The notes under the pieces were generated by a model. It saw nothing but the letters and a program-made list of their open reading frames with translations, made no database searches and had not been told where the DNA came from. Positions 45,699 to 56,300 of a stretch of DNA of 64,000 nucleotides are shown piece by piece (within the stretch, counting starts at the first letter, position 1; every line of letters begins with the position of its first letter). This DNA comes from Candidatus Anstonella stagnisolia (lineage in GTDB: Archaea; Micrarchaeota; Micrarchaeia; Anstonellales; Anstonellaceae). The position numbers were made by a program, and so were the translations under genes. The stretch is from positions 156,179-220,178 of the forward strand of contig CABMCJ010000002.1 in assembly GCA_902384585.1 (NCBI GenBank), in the 5' to 3' direction.

Positions 45699-45881
45699 TT
45701 AATTTATCTTCTTGAATTTCTTGCGCGCCGGAAGGCTTGTCCAGCAGCCCTTGCAAATTACGATGCGAGTTGTCTTTTCGTGCCTCTTTGCGGACTTTAC
45801 GCAGGCAAAGCATACTGCTTTTGAGCAGCCCATGCATTTTTCAAGGGCGTGCACTTGGCTTGAACATCTTTCACATATCAT
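45699..45881 (-). CDS. Small Cys-rich zinc-ribbon-like protein
   Basis: 60 aa with C-x2-C ... C-x2-C ... C-x2-C ... C-x2-C (MICERCSS...CMGCSKAVCFACV...ICKGCW). Confidence 0.4.
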   Translation of the reverse strand: MICERCSSQVHALEKCMGCSKAVCFACVKSAKRHEKTTRIVICKGCWTSLPARKKFKKIN

Positions 45882-45967
45882 TAGATAACCTCAGTTAAGT
45901 GTATATGAGGTAATATTGGTTAAAACGGTTTAAATAGGTTGCGATTGTAAAGGAAAATTGTGGTGTT

Positions 45968-47224
45968 ATGCCTTTCATAACTTCTGTTTTTGCAAGAGAG
46001 ATACTGGATTCGCGGGGATATCCTACTGTGGAGGCGGAAGTTCGCGCGGACGGCTTTTTTGGGAGGGCTGCTGCACCTTCGGGTGCGTCTACAGGAACCC
46101 TTGAAGCGCTTGAACTGCGCGATGGCGGGCAGAGATATGGGGGAAAGGGCGTGCTGCGGGCTGTTTCCAATGTGAATGGGCAGATTGCGCAGGCGCTTGA
46201 GGGAACTGAGGTATTGGAGCAAAACGTAGTGGATGGAAAGCTTGTTTCGCTTGATGGGACTTCCAATAAGGGAAGGTTGGGCGCAAATGCGACTACTGCG
46301 GTCTCGCTTGCGTGCGCGCAGTGCGCTGCAAACTCGAAAGGAATTGGACTTTATGCGCTTCTTGGAGGGAATGTTCTTCCGCTTCCGTTTATGAATGTAC
46401 TGAATGGGGGGAAGCACGCGGGAAACGGGGTTGCTGTGCAGGAATTCATGATTGTGCCGCACGGGTTTTCAAAATTTTCGGAAGGCTTGCAGGCTGGAAG
46501 TGAAATATATCACACACTTGGGAAGAAAATTGCGATTAAGTATGGGAAAGCAGCAACCGGAGTAGGGGACGAGGGGGGATATGCGCCTGCTGTGAAGAAA
46601 ACTGAGGATGCGCTGGAATTGCTTGTTGCATCCATAGAAGATTGCGGGTATGGAAAGAAAGTTTCCCTTGCAATTGATGCTGCCGCAAGCTCTTTTTACG
46701 AGGGGAAAAAATATTCGGTTGATGGGAAAAAACTTGATGCAGGAAAATTGCTGGAGAAATACGTTTCGCTCACTAAAAAATATCCCATTGTGAGCATTGA
46801 GGACCCGTTTTTTGAGCAGGATTTTGAGAATTTTGCGCACCTGAGGAAAAAGCTTGCAGGAAAAGTGCAAATTGTGTCTGATGATTTGACTGTTACGAAC
46901 ACGAAAATAATTTCAAGGGCGATAAAGGAGAAATGCATGAGCGCACTTCTTCTTAAGGTGAACCAGATTGGGACGCTTTCGGAAGCGCTTGAGGCTGCTG
47001 CGATGTGCAGGAAAGCTGGGTTGGGCGTAATGGTGTCGCACCGCTCTGGGGAAACAGAAGATACTGCGATTGCGGACATTGCGGTCGGGATAGGTTGCGG
47101 GCAGATAAAAACAGGCTCGCTTGCAAGAAGCGAGAGAGTTGCGAAGTACAATAGGCTCCTGAGAATAGAGGAGGAGCTGGGAAATAAGGGCAAATTCGCA
47201 GGCACAAGCGGCTTGAAATTCTAG
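45968..47224 (+). CDS. eno: Enolase
   Basis: ILDSRGYPTVE, GASTGTLEA, metal-binding SHRSGETED, and the LLLKVNQIGTLSEA signature. Confidence 0.9.
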   Translation: MPFITSVFAREILDSRGYPTVEAEVRADGFFGRAAAPSGASTGTLEALELRDGGQRYGGKGVLRAVSNVNGQIAQALEGTEVLEQNVVDGKLVSLDGTSNKGRLGANATTAVSLACAQCAANSKGIGLYALLGGNVLPLPFMNVLNGGKHAGNGVAVQEFMIVPHGFSKFSEGLQAGSEIYHTLGKKIAIKYGKAATGVGDEGGYAPAVKKTEDALELLVASIEDCGYGKKVSLAIDAAASSFYEGKKYSVDGKKLDAGKLLEKYVSLTKKYPIVSIEDPFFEQDFENFAHLRKKLAGKVQIVSDDLTVTNTKIISRAIKEKCMSALLLKVNQIGTLSEALEAAAMCRKAGLGVMVSHRSGETEDTAIADIAVGIGCGQIKTGSLARSERVAKYNRLLRIEEELGNKGKFAGTSGLKF

Positions 47225-47358
47225 TGCCCCACCCGGGTGCGAAAAGCAGGGAAAACGCCAATTCTTTAAATACTTTTGTATTCATATATGTATATTAGTT
47301 TTGCACGCTCTTTAGATGTCAAATTTTAATGCTAAACTAAATACCAAAGGTGAGAAAT

Positions 47359-49011
47359 ATGGGAAAAAACTTGGAAGGACAACAAATTTTAGTGCTGCCT
47401 GAGGGCTCAAACAGAGTTATAGGCAGGGACGCGCAGCGCTCAAACATCGCAGTCGCGTACGCGGTTGCAAACATTGTGAGGACGACATTGGGACCAAAGG
47501 GAATGGACAAAATGCTTGTGTCCGAGATGGGCGACATTGTAATTACAAACGACGGGGCAACGATATTGGAAGAGATGAACGTTGAGCACCCGGCTGCAAA
47601 AATACTTGTAGAGGTTGCAAAGACGCAGGACAAGGAAGTCGGGGACGGCACAACGACCGCGGCAATGCTTGCGGGAATGCTCCTTAAGAAAGCCGGAGAC
47701 TTGCTTGACCAGGACATACACGCATCCACGATTGTGAACGGGTATTCGATGGCGGCAAAGAAGACCGAAGAGGTGCTTGCAAAAATAAGCAGGCCGATTT
47801 CAATTGAGGATAAGGCAACGCTCCTGAAAATCGCGGCTATTTCAATGGGCTCAAAATCCGTTGGAGTGGGAACTGCAAAAGACACACTCGCAGGGATGGT
47901 GGTGTCCGCAGTAACGCAGGTTGCCGAGAAAAAAGACGGCAAATACGTTGTGGACCACGAACTCATCAAGATAGAGAAGAAGGCGGGCGGGGAAATCGCA
48001 GACACCACGCTCATAAAGGGCGTGCTTGTGGACAAGGAAATTGTGCACCAGAACATGCCAAAGGCAATAAAGAACGCAAAGCTTGCGCTTCTTGACTGCG
48101 CGCTTGAGATTGAGAAGACTGAAGTGGATGCAAAAATTGAGATTACATCCCCAGACCAGATGCAGTCCTTCCTGGAGCAGGAAGAGAAAATGCTCAAGGA
48201 CATGGTGGAGAAGATTTCAAAGACAGGCGCGAACGTCGTATTCTGCCAGAAGGGCATTGATGATGTTGCGCAGCACTTCCTTGCGAAAAAGGGAATTTCT
48301 GCAGTTCGCAGGGTAAAGAAATCCGACATGGAGAAGCTCTCAAGGGCGACTGGCGCGAAAATCGCAACAACTCTTGATGACCTTGCCCCAACAGACCTTG
48401 GAAGCGCAGGGGACGTTGTGGAGCGCTCTATTGCGGGCGAAAAGATGGTATTTGTTGAAAACTGCAAGGACCCAAAGAGCGTCACAATATTTGTGCGCGC
48501 ATCAACCGACCACGTTGTGTCCGAAGGGGAACGCGCAATAGTGGACGCGATTGGGGCAGTATCCTCTGCAATAGAGGACGGCAGGTACGTAACCGGCGGC
48601 GGCTCTGCGGAAATGGAAATCGCAGCGCAGCTCACCAAGTACGCAACCGAAATAGGCGGCCGCGAGCAGCTTGCAATAATAGCATTTGCAGAGGCGCTTG
48701 AAATCGTGCCGCGCACGCTTGCCGAGAACACGGGCATGGATGCAATAGACACGCTTGTGTCGCTTCGCTCAAAGCACAAGAAAGAGGACGGCGCGCACTT
48801 TGGCGTGGACGTGTACAAGGCAGAAGTTGCAGACATGGACAAGCTCGGCGTTATTGAGCCTTCGAAAGTGAAAAAGCAGGCAATCGCATCAGGCTTTGAG
48901 GCTGCAAAGATGCTTCTAAGGATTGATGACATGATTGCGTCCAAGGGCAAGTCGGGCGGAATGCCACCGGGCGGGCCTGGAGGCATGGGCGGAATGGGCG
49001 GGGACTACTAG
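47359..49011 (+). CDS. ths: Thermosome subunit (group II chaperonin)
   Basis: GQQILVLPEG...TLGPKGMDKMLV...GDGTTTA ATP-binding motif, plus a C-terminal GGMPPGGPGGMGGMGGDY tail. The start is trimmed to MGKNLEG. Confidence 0.9.
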   Translation: MGKNLEGQQILVLPEGSNRVIGRDAQRSNIAVAYAVANIVRTTLGPKGMDKMLVSEMGDIVITNDGATILEEMNVEHPAAKILVEVAKTQDKEVGDGTTTAAMLAGMLLKKAGDLLDQDIHASTIVNGYSMAAKKTEEVLAKISRPISIEDKATLLKIAAISMGSKSVGVGTAKDTLAGMVVSAVTQVAEKKDGKYVVDHELIKIEKKAGGEIADTTLIKGVLVDKEIVHQNMPKAIKNAKLALLDCALEIEKTEVDAKIEITSPDQMQSFLEQEEKMLKDMVEKISKTGANVVFCQKGIDDVAQHFLAKKGISAVRRVKKSDMEKLSRATGAKIATTLDDLAPTDLGSAGDVVERSIAGEKMVFVENCKDPKSVTIFVRASTDHVVSEGERAIVDAIGAVSSAIEDGRYVTGGGSAEMEIAAQLTKYATEIGGREQLAIIAFAEALEIVPRTLAENTGMDAIDTLVSLRSKHKKEDGAHFGVDVYKAEVADMDKLGVIEPSKVKKQAIASGFEAAKMLLRIDDMIASKGKSGGMPPGGPGGMGGMGGDY

Positions 49012-49014
49012 AGT

Positions 49015-49055
49015 CTCCTTCTTCTTTTTTCTTTATTTATTTTTCCCATTTTATT
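49015..49055. terminator. T-rich intergenic terminator region between convergent ths and 49051-49938
   Basis: tctccttcttcttttttctttatttatttttcccattttattcttcttttg lies immediately after the thermosome stop. Confidence 0.35.
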
Positions 49056-49938
49056 CTTCTTTTGAAATGCAAACTGCCTTCCAGCCTGGGCTGGACTGTA
49101 CTGGGGCGGCAGCAACCGAAAACATGTTATGCTCCGAGTGTAAAATGCCATTTTCCCCATCATTCGCAAGTATTGTGTTCCTTCTTAGGGATAGCGCTTT
49201 TAGCTGGTAATTGTCAAGGCGGAACGCGGATACCAATGTTACTGAATCTTCCATAGGCATTAGAGGCTTGGTCCCTACATCTCCACACACGCGGTGTTCA
49301 ACGTTTATTCCATTTGGCAGGGGCAGCATTGGAAATGGTTTCTGCAAATGCACCAATTCTTCCGTCCTCTCCTGCCAGATTATTTTGCGTTTGGAGCACA
49401 TGCTTATGCTGGGCCCGAATTCTCTCAGCACCACGCGATCCCAGTCAGTAAGAAGCCGTTTCGGTGAAGAAAGCAGTTGGGAAGATGAGAAAAAATAACC
49501 GGTGTTTGAAGCTTCCATGTAGTTTTGACTTGTTTCCATTATGCTCAGGCAGCACGCCATCCATACATCTTCGGCAAGCACGCGCATAAGTGAGTTTATG
49601 CCATCCAGCGCCTGCTCGGATGTTATTGAATACCTGTATCTGAACGCATCCTCTGAAAAAAGAACGATAGAGGGGGTTGGGATACCGGTTTTGCCGGCAT
49701 TGTCAAGGACTTTTCTTGAGATGCCAAGCAGGATGATTTTTGCATCTTCAAGGCCCAATTTGTTTGCCCTCGGGCAGTAGACGTCCAGGAGGGGCGTTTG
49801 CCTGCCAGATGGCGTTTGCATGGCTGCCATCGGAAGTTGCGCTGGCTTGAAGAATGGATAGAACATGCAGTATTTATGGTAAAAAGAGCTTATAAATGTT
49901 ATATTTACTCCAATTTTTTCTCCCAAAATGCCCTGCAC
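49051..49938 (-). CDS. Hypothetical protein (Trp/Cys-containing), downstream partner of the radical SAM gene
   Basis: 295-aa ORF overlapping the radical SAM gene's 3' end by ~34 nt on the same strand. No motif recognised. Confidence 0.4.
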   Translation of the reverse strand: MQGILGEKIGVNITFISSFYHKYCMFYPFFKPAQLPMAAMQTPSGRQTPLLDVYCPRANKLGLEDAKIILLGISRKVLDNAGKTGIPTPSIVLFSEDAFRYRYSITSEQALDGINSLMRVLAEDVWMACCLSIMETSQNYMEASNTGYFFSSSQLLSSPKRLLTDWDRVVLREFGPSISMCSKRKIIWQERTEELVHLQKPFPMLPLPNGINVEHRVCGDVGTKPLMPMEDSVTLVSAFRLDNYQLKALSLRRNTILANDGENGILHSEHNMFSVAAAPVQSSPGWKAVCISKEE

Positions 49939-50960
49939 AGACAGCCGCCAAGTTCCTCGCTCTTCTTTCTCATTTCACTGAAATATCCATTGTGGAAAAT
50001 GTGGAACAAATCTTTTACATTGCCTTGTTCATCCAGTATTGAATCCTCTTCCCTTGGAGGGATTGCAATGCCGGGCGTGAGCATTGAACCTTTTACAATG
50101 AGTTCTGTGGATTGCCTTTTTTCGCAGTATTCACCGCCGCTTGCGAAAATTTTGCTTAGGGTTTTGTGCTGCGCCGCTGTGAGCAGCAAGTCGTACCTGC
50201 CTTGCGCCCTGCCTGCAAGTATTATGGGCTCCACATATGCATAAATGTCCAGTTCCTTCGCAATTGGAAGCACATTTTCAACTACGTCTTTGTAGTTTTC
50301 CCTTGAAACCATCACTTGAATCCCAACGCGCTCTTTTCCGAGCGCTTCAAGCAGTCTCACAAGCGCAAGCGGAACGCTTTTCCCCCCTATTTTTCCATAG
50401 GGGTAGTTTTTTGGTTTAACTCTAACCATTTCTGCTGCCTTTCTCTGGAAGGAATGCCAGAATTTTACGTAAAAATGGAGTTGGGGGAAAGTGCCGGCAA
50501 CATTGCACACCAGTTCATCTGGAGAAATGCCGAATACGCTTTTGCTTAGTTTATTGCTGTGGAAAATTGAGCCGTCTGTGAAAACAACGGCGGGTATTTT
50601 ACAGTCTGCCTGGTATTGCATTATTTTCCAAAAGTCTCTTAGCAGTGTAAGCTCGCCCTCACCGGGCCAGTATGTAACCTGCGCGCCCATGCCATTTACC
50701 TGCTGGATTACGCTTATTGCCTGCGCTGCGCTTAGTACGCCATCTGCACTGCCAAAAGTGTAGCAAATCGAACAATTGAAATCACATCTGCCATCGCCAA
50801 AGAGAAAAGTAAGGCGATTTAATGAGCCTTCCTTGAGCTTCTCTGCTTCAAGAATTTTTCCTGCCTCAAAGAGCTTGTCTATTTCACGGTTTCTTGCCGC
50901 GAGGATTGTTTTTTCTAATTGGGAGGCGATAAGCACTGGGAAGAGCTTTTTCGTTATCAT
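49905..50960 (-). CDS. Radical SAM enzyme of unknown specificity
   Basis: CDFNCSIC is the CxxxCxxC motif. It is followed by the glycine-rich SAM-binding motif WPGEGELTLL (GGEP-like). The start is trimmed to MITKKLFPVL, approximate to +/-2 nt. No SPASM-type Cys cluster is obvious. Confidence 0.7.
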   Translation of the reverse strand: MITKKLFPVLIASQLEKTILAARNREIDKLFEAGKILEAEKLKEGSLNRLTFLFGDGRCDFNCSICYTFGSADGVLSAAQAISVIQQVNGMGAQVTYWPGEGELTLLRDFWKIMQYQADCKIPAVVFTDGSIFHSNKLSKSVFGISPDELVCNVAGTFPQLHFYVKFWHSFQRKAAEMVRVKPKNYPYGKIGGKSVPLALVRLLEALGKERVGIQVMVSRENYKDVVENVLPIAKELDIYAYVEPIILAGRAQGRYDLLLTAAQHKTLSKIFASGGEYCEKRQSTELIVKGSMLTPGIAIPPREEDSILDEQGNVKDLFHIFHNGYFSEMRKKSEELGGCLCRAFWEKKLE

Positions 50961-51068
50961 GTATGGCACCTTAGTGCCACTATTGGAGCATTTTAGGTAT
51001 AATAAAGAAAGTATGTATTTTTGCCTCAAAACAAAAATATAATAAAGATTTATTTGGAAATAGAGCAT

Positions 51069-52031
51069 ATGGAGATAGAATTAGATCAAAAAGACAAGAG
51101 GATAGTGCAGGAGCTTGAGGGGAACGCGCGGCAAAGCTCAATGCAAATAGCAAGGAAAGTCGGGCTGAGCAAGGATGCTGTGAATTACCGCATAAAAAAC
51201 ATGGAGCAAAGGGGCATAATACGAGGATATTATGCGCTCTTGAACTTGCCAAACCTTGGGTATTGCACTTACAAGCTCATGGCGTCTTTCCAGAATGCGA
51301 CCTCAAAAACAGAGGAGGAAATTGTATCTTACCTTAAGGGGCGCGGGCACGTTGGATGGGTGGTGAGCTGCGACGGGGTTTACAACCTGATGGTGATATG
51401 CTGGCTTAGGAACGAATCCGCTTTCCAGCGCTTTCTCACTGACTTTCTCAAGAGGTATGCGAAATACCTGCGCACGCGGGAAACCCTTGTGATTAGCGAA
51501 AACCATGCGTGCCGCAAGGCATACCTTTTTGGGGAGGAGCAGGATGGGTCCCCTGATACTCATTATGGCGGGGAGGCTGCAAGCCTTGCGGATGAGACGG
51601 ATTGCAGGATAATTTCCATTCTTGCGGACAATGCGCGCATTTCCCTCAAAGAGATAGCTGGGAAGGTTGGGTTGAGTCCGGAAGCTGTTGCATACCGGAT
51701 GAAGCAGCTTGAGAAAAAGAACGTGGTGCAGGCCTATTTGCCTTCCGTGAATACGCGGCTTCTTGGGTATCAGTACTATAATGTCCTTTTTCGGCTCAAG
51801 CAGTTTGACAACCTTGGGAAAATGTTCCTGCATTTCAAGCGCCATCCGAACATAATATATTTCGTGCGCTATATCGGTGGGTTTGACGTTGGGATTGATT
51901 TGGAAGTGCGGAGCACGGACGAGTTGCGGGCAATTCTTACGAACATAAGGGATACGTTTAGTGCGGACATTGAGAGCTATACGTCCGTGCTCATTTACCA
52001 GGAGCACAAGCTTTCGTATTTCCCGAAGTAG
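51069..52031 (+). CDS. Tandem Lrp/AsnC-family regulator (two HTH + RAM modules in one polypeptide)
   Basis: Module 1 is LDQKDKRIVQELEGNARQSSMQIARKVGLSKDAVNYRIKNMEQRGIIRGYYALLN. Module 2 is ETDCRIISILADNARISLKEIAGKVGLSPEAVAYRMKQLEKKNVVQAY. Each is followed by a RAM-like beta-alpha-beta region. Confidence 0.75.
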   Translation: MEIELDQKDKRIVQELEGNARQSSMQIARKVGLSKDAVNYRIKNMEQRGIIRGYYALLNLPNLGYCTYKLMASFQNATSKTEEEIVSYLKGRGHVGWVVSCDGVYNLMVICWLRNESAFQRFLTDFLKRYAKYLRTRETLVISENHACRKAYLFGEEQDGSPDTHYGGEAASLADETDCRIISILADNARISLKEIAGKVGLSPEAVAYRMKQLEKKNVVQAYLPSVNTRLLGYQYYNVLFRLKQFDNLGKMFLHFKRHPNIIYFVRYIGGFDVGIDLEVRSTDELRAILTNIRDTFSADIESYTSVLIYQEHKLSYFPK

Positions 52032-52063
52032 GCTCCGCTATGCACTTCAAAAATAAAGAAAAA

Positions 52064-53104
52064 CTAGCGGCTCATGAACGCCTTTAGCCTCTCTACTGTA
52101 ATTTCTTTTGCATAATCGGTGTGCATTATTTGTTTTACAAACCTGATTATGTCAGATGTAGAGATGCCCTCTGCTGCCGCCTTTCCGAGGGCATACATGA
52201 GTTTTTGGGTGGCAGTTTGCATTGTCATGTCGCCGCCGGAAATTGCACCAAGCTTTAGCGGCTCTGCTCCTACGGCGTATATGCCCATGTCCGCTGCACC
52301 CTTTGAGCATTGGGTGACAACTACGATGGGCTTGTTCAGGCGCGTTGCCTGCTCTATGCCGCCATAGTAGGTTTCAGGAATATTTCCTGCTCCAAACCCT
52401 ACAAAAACAAAGCCATGGATGTTCTCCTGCTTTACCTGGTCGGAAAATGTATCTATGCTTATGCCTGACATTGGATATACGAATGCGATTTTGGTGTCGA
52501 ACTCTGTGAACAACCTTGTTTCGCCGTTGAATCTTGCTATCCTATTGTCGCATGGCTCTACGGTTATTCCTATTTTTCCTACAGGTGGCGTTCTTGGGGA
52601 GAAAAATGCGTTTAGCCCCTCTTCGTCATCCTTTACTGTTCTTGGGCCCCTGAAAACACCATTGCCAAATGCTATGAGGACTTCGCCGTAGTCCTGTGTG
52701 GCAGTTCTTATTGCGGCAGAAAGGTTGCTTTTGCCGTCTGTCCTTTCCTCGTATATTGATATTTGGGAACCCGTCAGAACGACTGGTTTTCCTAGCCCTT
52801 GCAGCATGAATGTAAGCGAAGCAGCAGTATCTGCCATTGTATCTGTACCGTGAACAATTACGAAACCGTCAAACTCATGGGCTCTTTTGTAAATCATTGT
52901 TGCGAGTGATGCGCGTTGGTCAGTAAGCATGTTTGTGCTGTCTATAAGTTTGGGCAGGCGTTCAACCTGAACGTCCGCGAACTTACGTATGCCCCTTACC
53001 ATCGGAGTGATGGTTTTTTCCGTCGGCCTGAAAATGCCGTCGCGACCCCTTTTTTGCGCGATTGTACCGCCGGTTTCTATAACTAGTACTCGTGGTTTGT
53101 TCAT
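52064..53104 (-). CDS. L-asparaginase (type I family)
   Basis: VLVIETGGTIA ... GFVIVHGTDTMADTAA is the asparaginase threonine-active-site signature. At 346 aa it is shorter than GatD. Confidence 0.8.
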   Translation of the reverse strand: MNKPRVLVIETGGTIAQKRGRDGIFRPTEKTITPMVRGIRKFADVQVERLPKLIDSTNMLTDQRASLATMIYKRAHEFDGFVIVHGTDTMADTAASLTFMLQGLGKPVVLTGSQISIYEERTDGKSNLSAAIRTATQDYGEVLIAFGNGVFRGPRTVKDDEEGLNAFFSPRTPPVGKIGITVEPCDNRIARFNGETRLFTEFDTKIAFVYPMSGISIDTFSDQVKQENIHGFVFVGFGAGNIPETYYGGIEQATRLNKPIVVVTQCSKGAADMGIYAVGAEPLKLGAISGGDMTMQTATQKLMYALGKAAAEGISTSDIIRFVKQIMHTDYAKEITVERLKAFMSR

Positions 53105-53304
53105 GGTGTTTATTATGGTAGATGATGTTTATAAATGTGTATGTTTATGGGATGCTGCTCCCGCTAGGGAAGCTTAAAATTTTGAAAAACCGCTAGCGCT
53201 TCCGCTAAGGATTTCAAAAATAAATCTCTTTTCCGTCTTATTTTCAGGCGCAGAGCTTGCGCTATGCACAATGAAAAATAAAAAGTGAAAAAAGAGCGAC
53301 TTGC

Positions 53305-56300
53305 TTTAAACCGGACTGGGTATGGTGCATTAGTAGAGGCGGGCTGAAAGCCTCGCTTGCGCTTAGCTCTTACACCCCCTCCCTATCAAGGTCGTCTAAT
53401 ACGACCGCACATTCCATCTAGTTTTGAGATCCGCTTCGACCTTAGATGCTTTCAGGTCTTATCGGATAGCGCGTGGCTGCCCAGCGATGCTTTGCACAAC
53501 TGGTACACTAGAGGCGCCGATTCCAAGTTCCTCTCGTACTCATGGAAGCTTGCTCTCAAATGGAAACACTCCTAGGAGATACTACCGAACTGTCTCGCGA
53601 CGTTCTGAACCCAGCTCATGTAGGTCTTTAATGGATGAACAACCCAACCTTTGGCGGCTCCTGCACCGCCAGGATGACCTAAGCCGACAGCGATGTACCA
53701 AACCGCGGGGTCGATATGTACTACGAACGCCGATGACATTTTTGATAGGATTCTTTAGGAAACTTTCCTGAAGACCGATAACTAAAATCTCTGCCACCGG
53801 CGAAAGTATGGGTACTCTCGCCCGCGACGAGCCTGTTACCCCCGGGGTAGCTTGTCTGACAGCTTGGACCCTCATCAAAAAGGTACCAAGGTTCGTTAAG
53901 CCCGACTTTCGTCTCTGCATTCCACGCTTTTAGGAATACAGTCAGTCCAGCATTTGTCTTTAACCCTTACCGGCGCATTTCTGACGCGCCTAAGCTGAAC
54001 ATTGGGCACCCTTGTTTCCTTATCGAGGGCGTACCGCCCCAGCCAAACTATCCACCTGACGCTGTCCCAATTAAGGTAAGCAATACAAAAACTGCTGAAT
54101 GGTGTTACAATTTCGCCTATTTGCACCCCGAGAGGTGCAACATGACGGCTCCCATTTACGCTCCGCAGCAGTCCTCGTATTACAACATCAGGCTATAGTA
54201 AAGCTCCACGGGGTCTTCGTTTCCCCCTAGAAGTCCTCTGCATACTCACAGAGTAGTAGGTTCACCAGGTCCCAGCTAGGGACAGTGGGAAGCTCGTTAT
54301 GCCATTCATGCAAGCCACCAATTAAGCGGCGAGGTATTACGCTACCTTAAGAGGGTCAGAGTTACCCCCGCTCTTTGCTGGCGCTTATTCCCATTGAAAT
54401 GGGCGTTCACGTACCAGTAGTGAGCAGGCATCGCCCGCAATACAAATCGTTTCCGATTAGCTGCGAGCTGTGTTTTTGATAAACAGTCGACCTCCCCTAG
54501 TCACTGCGACCTGCAGTTCTTTTAAACCGCAGGCATAGCTTCTTCCGAAGTTACGCTACTATTTTGCCGAGTTCCCTTAGCTGAGTTACCCTGTCACGCC
54601 TTGGCTTGTTATGCCAGCAGCACCTGTAATAGTTCTAGGTACGATTGTGCGAAATCGGATTTGTTTTCTTTTCATGGGCTCCGGGAATTGGCTGAACCTT
54701 TCAGCCTTCCCGCTATTATGCTGCTTCTCCTCACAATGAGTCTCCACAGCATTGCGACGGTTAACGAGGGTCTCCCCACGTCAGCCTATCCCAAAGCGTC
54801 AAAAACAAACCTTGTGTTGCCACGTCTATTCGCACAGGAGCGGAATTTTAACCGCTTTCCCTTTTGGCCGGTTGGAATTACCATCGGCCTTAGGATCGCC
54901 TTACTCTTGGCTGAAGAACATTGCCAAGAAACCCGTGTGCTATGCGGCGTCCAGGATTCTTGCCTGGATATGCTGTTACTAATACCAAGATATTCATAAC
55001 TGGCCGGTCCACAGGACGTCACCGCCCTGCTTCTAGCCAACCAGTTCGCCCCCCTACCAAACCCTTCTTTACGAAGGATCTCGGTGGTTTCGGTACAAAG
55101 CTTAGCCCCGATCATCTTCGGAATCCGTGATCTAGACTGGTCCGCTATTACGCGTTGTTTAAAGGATGGCTGCTTCTAAGCCTACCTTCCAGCTGTTTTA
55201 GACCAGAGATGCCTTGTAGATTCGCACTTAGCTTTGATTTAGGGACCTTAACCACTGTTCCGGCCTTTCCCGTAATGACCCACTAGCTTACCCAGTGGAA
55301 TCCGACTGCCGACTTCTGCGATGAACATAGATTCGGAGTTTGACAACCAGGTGATCCCTTTCGGAACCGCTCCCAGTAATCAGTGCTCTACCCTATGCTC
55401 CATCTCCATCGACGCTGTCCTGAGGGACATTTCGAGGGGAACCCGCTATTGCCAAGTTCGATTGGACTATCACCCCTATGCGTAGGTCACCCGAACAGAA
55501 TATACTAGCATCGGTTGCGGGCTTCCACCAGCCGTCAGGCCGGCTTCACCCTGCCCACGCATAGATCACATTGGCTTCAGGTCTGAGGAGTGTGACTGCT
55601 CGCATTTTCACACGAAGTGCCTCCCTTGCGGTGCGCACAATCGCTTTCGCTTCGGCTTTCGCCTCGCCACACAACTTCAACTCCTTGGCTCTTGCTTCGA
55701 GAAGAACGATACGATGCCGGTATTCCTCCTTCCACCGCATTCTCGCGAATGCAGCGTTGGGGAGTAGTCATTCCTTTCACACCGTATCAAATTGTCACCA
55801 TTCAGTTTGAGGCTCTTTGAACTCCCCTTCCGGGGTCCTTTTCAGCGTTCGCTCGCGCTACTAATTCGCTATCGGTCTCAATATCGTATTTAGAGTTGGC
55901 AATTGATACTGCCGCTTTCATGCCCCATACTCGAGGAGCACTACTCTTTTTGCTTCAGTCCGCACAATTTTGCCTACGAGGCTGTAACTCCCTTTGGCGC
56001 TGCTTTCCAGCAGCTTCGGCTCCTTGTACGGATATCCGCCCCACATCCGCCGCGCATTGCTGCGCGGTTGTTCAGGACGCTCTCCTTGGTTTTCAGTCGC
56101 CTTACTCACCAAATGCCTATTGGTCTCTTTTCTCTCCCGCTACTAGAATCTTTTAATTCACGGGGCTTTTGCGCACTACTGCGCGTCGCACTACCTTCGG
56201 ATCACAGGCTGCCTGCGCCTACCCGAAGCGTTTCGCCGCTTGCCGCGGTGCCTAAATCTTTTGAGCCCAGCCATCCACTGAATGGCGTAACATACATACC

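Noticed and set aside
47337-48986. 549-aa ORF antisense to the thermosome gene
   Set aside because: It lies entirely opposite an unambiguous group II chaperonin gene. Its translation is low-complexity (Ser/Ala/Ile/Phe-rich) with no motifs, the usual shadow ORF of a compositionally biased gene.
52064-53104. GatD (Glu-tRNA-Gln amidotransferase subunit D) instead of asparaginase
   Set aside because: GatD proteins carry an extra N-terminal domain and are about 420-440 aa. This ORF is 346 aa and no gatE is adjacent. A plain type I asparaginase is more parsimonious.
53105-53304. 5S rRNA or tRNA downstream of the 23S gene
   Set aside because: The ~200-nt interval contains processing-stem-like inverted repeats and T-tracts, plus the asparaginase promoter. 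No 5S-like conserved segments (e.g. CCGAACACGG context) or tRNA T-loop are present.
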